IMG/VR virus record: IMGVR_UViG_3300033066_001617
Span: 4,145 to 68,144 of that record
DNA: 64,000 bases
Reading direction: 5' to 3' (one strand)
DNA from: a virus
Taxonomy: Duplodnaviria > Caudoviricetes
Positions within the stretch are counted from its first letter, which is position 1. Each line of letters begins with the position of its first letter. The notes under the pieces were generated by a model that was given only the letters and a program-made list of their open reading frames with translations, was not told the DNA's origin and did no database searches. Of the stretch, positions 27,239 through 34,777 are shown one piece after another. The position numbers and the translations under genes are program-made.

Positions 27239-29154
27239 TTAGGAGCCTCGTATTGATGGGTTTTGAGATTGTACTTGACGATGGAGCCCCAATTCTGGCC
27301 GCATTCCAGATCGACCTTGGAGGGTACGACTTTCGGCTGGGCTTCGAGCATGATCTCGACAGACCGCCGATAATCTTCCGGATGTGCGCCGTCGATGCGG
27401 TCAATCTCGTCGTGTACTGTGAGCGCTGGAACGATTCCCTCGCGCCACATCATACGCATAGCACGTTTGTTCTCATCAGCGGCAAAGGGCTGTATCAAAG
27501 CATTCAGAGCCTTATTCGTACGAGCCCTGCGATTCGTGCCCGGGAAGATCGGGAAACGAGACCGACGACCATCAGGGGTACGAATCCATCCGCGCTGCTC
27601 GACGACCTTCTTGCAGATGTCGGCAAGCTCGCGAACGAACGGAGCCTCTTGGTCAAATTTACGGAGGATCTCTCTGGCTTCCGGCCCAGCCTTCTGGAAT
27701 TTGATTTCCTCACCATTGCGTTTCCAGGTGGACCATTCCCAGGGAAGCCCAAGGTCTTCTGCGAGAGCTCCGCCGCCCTGTCCGTAGGCGATACCCAAGG
27801 CGACGATCTTTGCCTGCGGTCTTGGTAGGCCAGTCATTTCAGCAACGAATTTATAGAAATCCGTCGAGGGGTCTTCTTGATAACGCTTGACGAGAGATTC
27901 TGCTGTCCGAAGCTTGTAATTGCCCGGCATCTTCAGATAGGTCTCGTAGGCCATCGTTACGATGCCACGAGGCTCCTGCTGGGAATAGTCGTGCGTTCCC
28001 CAGACACAACCTGGTTCAGCCTCGTAACATCCGCGGACGTCCGGGCCAATTTCTTCGTCACGTGCAGGGATCTGTTGAAGGTTGGGCGTCTGACTGGAGA
28101 AACGGCCGGTGATGGTGCCCTTGCTTCCACCAGTTTCCTTATCAGCCTTCAGTGAATTGAGAGTCGTGTGAATTCGCCCGTTGTGTTGGTGCTCTAGAAT
28201 ACCATTCTCAAGGAATGTTGAACGTGACTTATTGAGCTTCTTGCCCCTATTGATCAAACCCGCCAGGGGAATAGTTTTAGAAAGTGACTTAAGAATTTCA
28301 TCTGTTACTTTCTTCTTACCACTCTTCGGTGTCAGTTCAAATACGACACCGAAAGTCTCAAGGGCAGAGGCAATGGACTGTGTTTCAGTAAGGGATATCG
28401 TAACGCCGGTCTGCCTCTTTACTTCATCAATCACCTCTTGCTCTCGTTTGAGATAGGATTGCTGAAGTTGCTCTGTCTTCGATATATTGACCGGCACACC
28501 CCTAATTCGCATCTCTACGAGAAGAGGTATCAGGTCACATTCAAGTTCGTATACATTATCAAGTTCATCCGCTGTGATCAGTGGTGTAAGAACATCGAAA
28601 GTGTCTCGAGTTGATTTCGTATCTTGTTTCGCATATGTGGTCACTTCACTGGCATGAAATCGCCAGAGATTGGCTACTGTATCCTTGGGCTTGATTCCAC
28701 GTTTTCTCGCGGCTTCATGGAGCTCATCATACGCCTTGCCCATGTCGATACCGACATAGTCTTTCGCGAGAGAGTCCAGAGAGTAGACAAATCTGTGTTC
28801 GTCCAGGAGTGGAGCTTGGAACTGAACGTCGTGTAGTCGGCCCCTGACCGGAATACCGTGATATTTCAGCCAACCGAAATCATATACAGAATTGGCAAAA
28901 ACCTTTGACTGACTTTCGTCACCCAGCACGCTCTTGAGCCAGCCCTCCACACGGGCTGGGTCCATGTTCCCGCCACCTTCGTGACGAACCGGGAGATACT
29001 CGTGGAAGTTATCGGCGTGAACGGAATAGCCCACGACATGACCACGTCCTGGGAAAGCCCAGGCAGGTCCGGTATTCTTTAGATCTGTATCTTTTGTCTC
29101 TGTATCGAGTGTGATGAAGGGACCATGGAGGCGATCTGGAAGTTGAATGTCCAT
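27235..29154 (-). CDS. polA: family A DNA polymerase with 3'-5' exonuclease domain
   Basis: LDTET, TGRFSSQTPNLQQIP, motif A DYSQQEPR, motif B RPQAKIVALGIAYG, motif C VHDE. Confidence 0.95.
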   Translation of the reverse strand: MDIQLPDRLHGPFITLDTETKDTDLKNTGPAWAFPGRGHVVGYSVHADNFHEYLPVRHEGGGNMDPARVEGWLKSVLGDESQSKVFANSVYDFGWLKYHGIPVRGRLHDVQFQAPLLDEHRFVYSLDSLAKDYVGIDMGKAYDELHEAARKRGIKPKDTVANLWRFHASEVTTYAKQDTKSTRDTFDVLTPLITADELDNVYELECDLIPLLVEMRIRGVPVNISKTEQLQQSYLKREQEVIDEVKRQTGVTISLTETQSIASALETFGVVFELTPKSGKKKVTDEILKSLSKTIPLAGLINRGKKLNKSRSTFLENGILEHQHNGRIHTTLNSLKADKETGGSKGTITGRFSSQTPNLQQIPARDEEIGPDVRGCYEAEPGCVWGTHDYSQQEPRGIVTMAYETYLKMPGNYKLRTAESLVKRYQEDPSTDFYKFVAEMTGLPRPQAKIVALGIAYGQGGGALAEDLGLPWEWSTWKRNGEEIKFQKAGPEAREILRKFDQEAPFVRELADICKKVVEQRGWIRTPDGRRSRFPIFPGTNRRARTNKALNALIQPFAADENKRAMRMMWREGIVPALTVHDEIDRIDGAHPEDYRRSVEIMLEAQPKVVPSKVDLECGQNWGSIVKYNLKTHQYEAPK

Positions 29155-29178
29155 GGTCCCATCACGGAAAAGAGGAAG

Positions 29179-30192
29179 TTACTTGCCGACTACCCCGGCC
29201 ATCGGGTTGTCGACCTCGTCCTGGAACAGCGTGCGCTCGTGGTCCGAGAAAGACGTGTCTTTCAGCAGATGCTCCTTGAGCGCGTGATTCTTCCACGGGT
29301 GCTCGGTCGTACGGGAACCCTGCGACCACATCTTGCGGAACCGCTCGAAGAGGACCTCATCCTCGACGGGCTTGCCCATGGTCGCCTGATATTCCGTGAA
29401 CACCTCCGGCACCGCATTGCGGATGAATGCCGCCATCGCTTGGGCCGTAGTATACGTCCCGAGAAAGTTGGCGACAAGCTGTTCTTCGCTCGCAATGCCT
29501 CGCAGGTAGATGTATCCGCGGAGCAGGGCGCGCTTGCCGGCGTCGGTGGTCTTCCAGCCGAAGTTGCGCCGAGGACCTTCCTCACCTTCGCCGGCCGTGT
29601 CCTTGGGCTTCCGGCCGCGCGGCTGGGACGGCGCCTCGACGATCGGCATCGACTTGGTCGACTCGGTCATCGCGAGCACACGCATCGAGACCGACATCAG
29701 ATATTCGAAGTCGTACTGCGCATCCGGCTCACCCTCCAGGGTTTCCCAGAGGTCCATCTTGCGCTCTTTCAGCATCTTGATCAGGCGGCGCCACGCCTTG
29801 ATCATGTTGATCCAGATGCCGGTGCCGCCGAACTCGTCCCAGTCATCGTCCAGTTCGACCGAGAGGATCTTCTCGATATCCGCCGGCATGAGGTCGAACC
29901 GAGAAACCTTGCGGTCGCCGCTCAGGAAGTTGTGGGTCAGAAGACCGTAGCCCACGAAATCCGTGAGATCGTCGCGGCAACCATCGCGCCGAGCATCGTT
30001 CGCCATGACGATGATGTCGTTGCCGCGGCTCTTGGCCTGCGTCTCCATCCGATCCCACTTGCGGGAAAGGTTGAAGAACGCGCTCAGGCCCTCGTACTTC
30101 CGCCAGGACGAACCGTAGTCCCGGTCCTTGATCTCGAGCTGGGCGACGACCGCCATCCCAGCCTTTGTCGCCTCTTCGTTACTGACCGACAT
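29179..30192 (-). CDS. DUF1599 / Nmad1-like (nucleotide-modification-associated, MazG-like fold) protein with a tandem degenerate repeat
   Basis: KDRDYGSSWRKYEGLSAFFNLSRKWDRM...DDLTDFVGYGLL; probable start is the ATG at 30192. Confidence 0.6.
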   Translation of the reverse strand: MSVSNEEATKAGMAVVAQLEIKDRDYGSSWRKYEGLSAFFNLSRKWDRMETQAKSRGNDIIVMANDARRDGCRDDLTDFVGYGLLTHNFLSGDRKVSRFDLMPADIEKILSVELDDDWDEFGGTGIWINMIKAWRRLIKMLKERKMDLWETLEGEPDAQYDFEYLMSVSMRVLAMTESTKSMPIVEAPSQPRGRKPKDTAGEGEEGPRRNFGWKTTDAGKRALLRGYIYLRGIASEEQLVANFLGTYTTAQAMAAFIRNAVPEVFTEYQATMGKPVEDEVLFERFRKMWSQGSRTTEHPWKNHALKEHLLKDTSFSDHERTLFQDEVDNPMAGVVGK

Positions 30193-30949
30193 GAACAGCC
30201 TCCAATGGGTGTCTATCATAGAGGGAGAAAGCCTGAGCGACGTAGAGCATGCGCTCTTTCTCCTTCTGGGTTATCATGTTGCCTTGCAGCAACAAGCCAG
30301 CATATACCGGCAGAGCGTCGCATACTTGGTGGTATTTTGTCCCCATGATGGTGTTGCCCATCCTCGCTTCTCGGTTGCAGAAGACGAGGAACTCGAACGC
30401 GTCGAGATACGAGAAAATCGCTTTCTCAACGTCAGTGAGGTCACTTGGACCCATCTGGCGCCACTGAATAGTGTCGCTGACCTCATTGTAGAGGGCGTAG
30501 AGTTCCGGAGAATAACTCTTCGCCGTCCTGGGCATATCACCCAGAGCGTATTCCGGCGAATCATGATAGATGATGTGCCGCATCAATTCCGCACTGGCCT
30601 TGCTTGGGAAAATCTCCTGAAGCAACAAGAGAATTCCCCAGGTGTGCTGACCAGTGGTCTGAACAGCGATTGTCGGGAAAGCATGAAGACGAGCCGTCCA
30701 TCCAGATTCCCAGCGTTCCTGGATGGACATATTCGGCACCCAGCCGAGCGCCTCGAGTTCTTTGCGAACCGTCTTCACGATGGCGGCAGTAACCTGATCA
30801 TCCGGTGCTGGGACCAGGTTATAGGCGATCGCAAGGCAGGCCGACTTGACTTGCCTTCTACCGAGCTTGGTTTTGATCGCAAGGTAATTGTAGACGTCGG
30901 TGTTGACGCCTTCATGTTCCCATTTCGGGAGTTTCTGGGAATCGCTCAC
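30179..30949 (-). CDS. HD-domain 5'-deoxynucleotidase (YfbR-like) with an N-terminal extension
   Basis: RLH...QTTGQHTW...YHDSPEYALGDMP...YLDAFE. Confidence 0.8.
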   Translation of the reverse strand: MSDSQKLPKWEHEGVNTDVYNYLAIKTKLGRRQVKSACLAIAYNLVPAPDDQVTAAIVKTVRKELEALGWVPNMSIQERWESGWTARLHAFPTIAVQTTGQHTWGILLLLQEIFPSKASAELMRHIIYHDSPEYALGDMPRTAKSYSPELYALYNEVSDTIQWRQMGPSDLTDVEKAIFSYLDAFEFLVFCNREARMGNTIMGTKYHQVCDALPVYAGLLLQGNMITQKEKERMLYVAQAFSLYDRHPLEAVHVGQ

Positions 30950-32016
30950 TTCGCTGCCCTCCGCTTCAGCCAGTTGACGCAGACTTCCCGAAAGATTGGA
31001 ACTGCGATCTGACTGGCTTGATCCAGCGCCGCTTCCGGTCTCTTATTCTTGTAGTAGCGATAGGAGCGGATCAGGGGAACCAACAGGTCCGTCGCGACCT
31101 TCGAGACAGCCGGCGGCTCGGTGAATTCATCCGGAAGACGATAATCGCCTGCGACGCAATCGAAGAGATCGTTGCAAAGCACGGTCAAATACCCATCGAA
31201 ATTGAGCCGCTGATCGAGATCCATACCCATCAGCAGTTCATCGAAATACGTGAAGCCTTCGGTAGCCTCCACGTGATACGCGGTCTGCAGACCCCCACCT
31301 TGACCGATGTGATCCATCACGTCCTTGGAGCGTTCATTCTCCAAATAGAGATGGCTGTTGTTCGAGAACTGCCAGTACGATCCTGGCATCATATTGAGCA
31401 GAGCCGCCACATAGTGATGGAACAGACTGAAGTGAACCACGTTCGCGCCGAATGTACCGTAGACCAGGTCATTCGAGCGATTGATAACAGTGATGTTGAA
31501 ACGCCGAGATCCGTCTTTCATGGGAAGACAGCGAAGAAGGATCTCCGTGTTGCACGGAATATCCTTGGAATTGCGACCGAGATCCTCACCACTATCCCAA
31601 TGGGAAATGACCACACGCCGGCTGTCCGGGTTCTTGCTGAATTCCTTCACGGCGTACAGGATCTGGTCCTGTCCGAAATAGCTCCTCCACCGACGCCCAT
31701 ACGCCGATCCCATGATGGTCTTGCCATCGTCGGAATACTGACGCATGCCTGAATTGAAAAATGCCAAGCTGTCCAGATCATCGCGGCCACAAATCATGTG
31801 GAAGAACTCGATGATGTGGAAGAATGGATTGGCTTCCCGATGTCGGTCGTCGTAGAGGAAATTGTACGGAAACTGAAGTTCCGTCATGACCGGCTCTGGG
31901 TAGACGAGAACCGGCCCATTCCGGCTCTCCTCCCGTTGTCCGTACTTCATCAGATGTCGGAGGACCTGCGTGGAGATCTCTCCGACATTTCGGCCGACGA
32001 AATTGTACATCCTCAA
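30946..32016 (-). CDS. thymidylate-synthase-fold enzyme, probable dUMP hydroxymethylase
   Basis: AYGRRWR, DSRRVVI, catalytic DIPCN, NRSNDLVYGTFGANVVHFS (Asn at the uracil-specifying position), SHLY; 356 aa. Confidence 0.8.
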   Translation of the reverse strand: MRMYNFVGRNVGEISTQVLRHLMKYGQREESRNGPVLVYPEPVMTELQFPYNFLYDDRHREANPFFHIIEFFHMICGRDDLDSLAFFNSGMRQYSDDGKTIMGSAYGRRWRSYFGQDQILYAVKEFSKNPDSRRVVISHWDSGEDLGRNSKDIPCNTEILLRCLPMKDGSRRFNITVINRSNDLVYGTFGANVVHFSLFHHYVAALLNMMPGSYWQFSNNSHLYLENERSKDVMDHIGQGGGLQTAYHVEATEGFTYFDELLMGMDLDQRLNFDGYLTVLCNDLFDCVAGDYRLPDEFTEPPAVSKVATDLLVPLIRSYRYYKNKRPEAALDQASQIAVPIFREVCVNWLKRRAAK

Positions 32017-32804
32017 TACTCCGGAGCTTGGGTTCCGCTATAGGCGGCCTTCCATTCGACATCGACGTCCCAGCGAAGACCACCCTTGACGCCGTTCGCA
32101 TCTCGCCAGTTGTTCGACTGCTTCTGGACGGCGTGGACAATACCTGGGAACATCTTCTCGAGTTGCTTCGCGTTCTTCTCCATTACCTCGTGGGTGCGGT
32201 AGAGGGAAACGCCGCCAACCGCGTTCGAACCGTTCTTCTGGTCGATGCAGTAGTTCGTGATGATCCGGTTGTACCGTCCGGCCTGAAGCACGGAGAGAGT
32301 GATATACATATCCTGACGGATCTTGACCGCATCGGCACGAATGCCGTGCTTCCGCATGAAATCGAGATCGTATCCGTGGACCTGCATCTGACGAGTGCAG
32401 TCCTTGAAACGAAGAGGGAAATTGTTGTCGTTGAAAGTCCTCTGGGAAATGCCGACCAGAGGAAAGCCTTGTCCCAGGAGATCCTGCAGGATGTCGAAAC
32501 AGTTGTCGACATCCTCAGGCTTGCAGGGAGCCAGACGGCTGCTCTTCGGATCTGCCCAATGGGCGAACTTCAGATCGTCATCGCACACGATGACATGGCG
32601 ATCCTCGCAGGTGTCCCAGATATGCTGGATGACCTTGGAAAGACCATTGACCGGACGAGCCACCGCATTCCGACCCAGCGCCCGATGAACTTCAACCTCG
32701 TCGGGCGGACAGATGATCTGGGTTATCGCACGAGTTCTGGGACCCATGAAATCCCACGTGATCTGAGTCGAGGTCCGGCCACGACTCGCGATGAAAATCT
32801 TCAT
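32013..32804 (-). CDS. GT-A fold glycosyltransferase, TET/JBP-associated (TAGT/GREB1-like) type
   Basis: KIFIASRGR, IVCDDDL (DxD-like), RQDMYITL, SNAVGG, C-terminal RWDVDVEWKAAY. Confidence 0.7.
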   Translation of the reverse strand: MKIFIASRGRTSTQITWDFMGPRTRAITQIICPPDEVEVHRALGRNAVARPVNGLSKVIQHIWDTCEDRHVIVCDDDLKFAHWADPKSSRLAPCKPEDVDNCFDILQDLLGQGFPLVGISQRTFNDNNFPLRFKDCTRQMQVHGYDLDFMRKHGIRADAVKIRQDMYITLSVLQAGRYNRIITNYCIDQKNGSNAVGGVSLYRTHEVMEKNAKQLEKMFPGIVHAVQKQSNNWRDANGVKGGLRWDVDVEWKAAYSGTQAPEY

Positions 32805-32829
32805 GGAACCCTCTCTGTTGGATGGTTAC

Positions 32830-32858
32830 AGTTTAGCGCCGGTACCCGCCAAGGACAA
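32830..32858 (-). promoter_or_regulatory. sigma70-like promoter TTGTCC-N17-TAAACT upstream of the glycosyltransferase
   Basis: Exact 17-bp spacer filling the 56-bp gap; GAGAGGG SD follows. Confidence 0.55.
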
Positions 32859-32860
32859 TC

Positions 32861-33754
32861 TTAGAGAGGTCTTGTGGAGGGTACGAATCTATTCTTGAGG
32901 CGTTCGCCACCCTGGGCCTTGATGTACTTGGCGATCTCGCAAAGGGCGAACTGGACGCAGTGCAGATCAAACTCGTTTATCGGACTTGGCATCCAGGATT
33001 CCATTCGCTTAACACAGATATCGTGTAACGCCTTGATGCAGGCCAGACCGAATTTCTCGTTCATCTTCTTGGACGCCTCGCCGCCCAATAGAAGATTGAT
33101 GCCCCTACGAGCTCCAGGCCCAACAGGAGTCCATTCGAACCGATCCGTGCAATTCCGAAGAATTGGCGTCAACATGACATCTTGCAGCACTTCCTTCGTC
33201 ATGAAGCCCGTGCCGCCGAAACCGGGAAAGTTGTACATCATCTCACCGACGGCTTGCCATTTCTGGGTCCGTGTGGCGATGTCGATCAGACCAGGTAGAT
33301 GTTCCCAAAGGGTTCTAAGATAATGCTTGACAACGACGATCCACTTCTTGTCGGCGATACCGCCGTTCGTGATGAGATATGCGCTGGTGAAACTCTTGAG
33401 GCCGCGGTTGTTCCTGTCCTCAGCGACATCCATGATGTGCTGGGGATTCCACTCTCGCTGATAACCCAGAGCCTGACAGAATTCCACGGTCCCGAAATAG
33501 CGGGCGATGGCGCAGTTGATGAACTGGATGCGATTGGGTTGATCGAAATTGGGCTCGTACCAATTCTTCAGGAGCCACTGTGTCGTGCGATCGTGAATAC
33601 GCAGGACATTCGTGAACTTGAAAGTGCGTAGAATGGTGTCATTCGTCCAGGGGGAGGGCTTTCCGGCGACCCTTGCGAGTCGAATACGTTCCCTTTCGTG
33701 GAGATAATAGAAGAAAGTGTCGAGTCTCTTCGGATCAAAATGGATCTCAGACAT
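32861..33754 (-). CDS. aGPT-Pplase1 / 5-hmdU DNA kinase helical-domain family protein
   Basis: HERERIRLAR..GKPSPWTNDTILRTFKFTNVLRIHDR, HhH-like FPGFGGTGFMTKEV, VGPGARRG, QFALCEIAKY. Confidence 0.75.
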   Translation of the reverse strand: MSEIHFDPKRLDTFFYYLHERERIRLARVAGKPSPWTNDTILRTFKFTNVLRIHDRTTQWLLKNWYEPNFDQPNRIQFINCAIARYFGTVEFCQALGYQREWNPQHIMDVAEDRNNRGLKSFTSAYLITNGGIADKKWIVVVKHYLRTLWEHLPGLIDIATRTQKWQAVGEMMYNFPGFGGTGFMTKEVLQDVMLTPILRNCTDRFEWTPVGPGARRGINLLLGGEASKKMNEKFGLACIKALHDICVKRMESWMPSPINEFDLHCVQFALCEIAKYIKAQGGERLKNRFVPSTRPL

Positions 33755-33769
33755 CTATATCTCCATACG

Positions 33770-33799
33770 AAAACGGCCGCATCCCGAAGAATGCGGCCG
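33770..33799 (-). terminator. rho-independent terminator-like hairpin
   Basis: 9-bp stem CGGCCGCAT/ATGCGGCCG followed by TTTT on the - strand. Confidence 0.65.
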
Positions 33800-33822
33800 C
33801 TTCTGTCGTCCTGGTGGCGAAA

Positions 33823-34674
33823 TCAGAACGGGGTGTCGAGAGATCCGGCGGTGCTGGAGCCCTCGGTCGACGGAGTCGCTTCACCTTCCGGCGTCTCGCC
33901 TTCGGTCGGAGCCGCCGCGCCTTCGGTCGTGGTCGGCGCCGGTGCCGGCGTCAGGGTCTCACGACCCTTGTCGGTCAGTGCCAGAGCGATCAGCTCGCCG
34001 CTCTCGCTCTTGTGCTCGGTGATCAGGCCCTGCTCGACGCACGACGCGATGCCCTTCGAGAGGTTCTTCAGGGTCTTCTTCATCGACTCGGCGACCTTGA
34101 CGACGAGCGCGCGGCCGTCCTCGGCGGTCTGGCCCTTGATCGCCTCGAGGATCTCGATGACACCCTTCGAGGTGCGGGGCTTCGCCGGTTCCTTGCCGGC
34201 CTTCGGGGCCTTCTCGCCACCGGCCGAGGCACGCTTCTTCTGGAGCAGATCGGCCGCGGCCTCATCGACCGTGGTCGTGAAGAAGCCGCGCTTGATGCCA
34301 CCGACCAGATAGCCGCGGACATGGCGCTCTTTGTTCGCCTCGAACGCGGTCGACTTCTTGAAGAGATCGCCGCTCTTCTCGATCGTCGCCTCGGTGAACT
34401 GCTTGGCGGTCAGGCCGTCCGGATGGCCCAGCAGGATCGCCTGCATGATGCCGTAGGTCGTGCCCTCGGTCGCGGGGGTCTTGCCGGCGAAGAAGATCTT
34501 GTCGGCGAGCTCGTGACGCACGCGATTGCCGATATTCTTCTCACCGCTCTCGGTGGCCGGAGCCGCCGCACCTTCCGTGCTCGCCGGCGCGGTCGTCGAG
34601 GCCTCCGCGGCCTCCTCGGTCGTCGCCGTTTCCGGGTTCTCTGCGGTCGTTGCCGCCTCGTTGACGTCGCTCAT
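33823..34674 (-). CDS. putative abundant DNA-binding protein with two winged-helix-like domains and acidic Ala/Thr/Glu-rich tails
   Basis: Probable start ATG at 34674. Two folded segments flanked by low-complexity tails; the second ends in a MarR-like LTDKGRETL. Strong GC3 codon bias. Confidence 0.55.
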   Translation of the reverse strand: MSDVNEAATTAENPETATTEEAAEASTTAPASTEGAAAPATESGEKNIGNRVRHELADKIFFAGKTPATEGTTYGIMQAILLGHPDGLTAKQFTEATIEKSGDLFKKSTAFEANKERHVRGYLVGGIKRGFFTTTVDEAAADLLQKKRASAGGEKAPKAGKEPAKPRTSKGVIEILEAIKGQTAEDGRALVVKVAESMKKTLKNLSKGIASCVEQGLITEHKSESGELIALALTDKGRETLTPAPAPTTTEGAAAPTEGETPEGEATPSTEGSSTAGSLDTPF

Positions 34675-34708
34675 GTGTGAACTCTCTTTCACGTGTTGCA
34701 ATAGTGAC

Positions 34709-34753
34709 AACCTAGCAAGACTGATCCGACTTTACAATGGTAGTCTTGCTAGG
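34709..34753 (-). promoter_or_regulatory. promoter TTGTAA-N17-TAGGTT with a 12-bp perfect inverted repeat
   Basis: CCTAGCAAGACT (34711-34722) and AGTCTTGCTAGG (34742-34753) bracket the -35 and overlap the -10. Confidence 0.55.
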
Positions 34754-34777
34754 CTGAACCGATTTCGGGTCAGGCCG

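Noticed and set aside
17619-29154. Inteins or introns in nrdJ, terL, helicase or polA
   Set aside because: The ORFs are uninterrupted and of ordinary length; no intein boundary or homing-endonuclease motifs were seen.
27235-30949. PolA + HD + MazG-like trio resembling a 2-aminoadenine (Z-genome) cluster
   Set aside because: No PurZ/adenylosuccinate synthetase homologue is visible in the window, and the linked TS-fold enzyme points to pyrimidine modification.
30946-32016. T4-like dCMP hydroxymethylase (glucosyl-hmC pathway)
   Set aside because: The specificity position is Asn (GAN), not Asp, and the aGPT-Pplase1 neighbour is typical of hmU systems. Not excluded without an assay.
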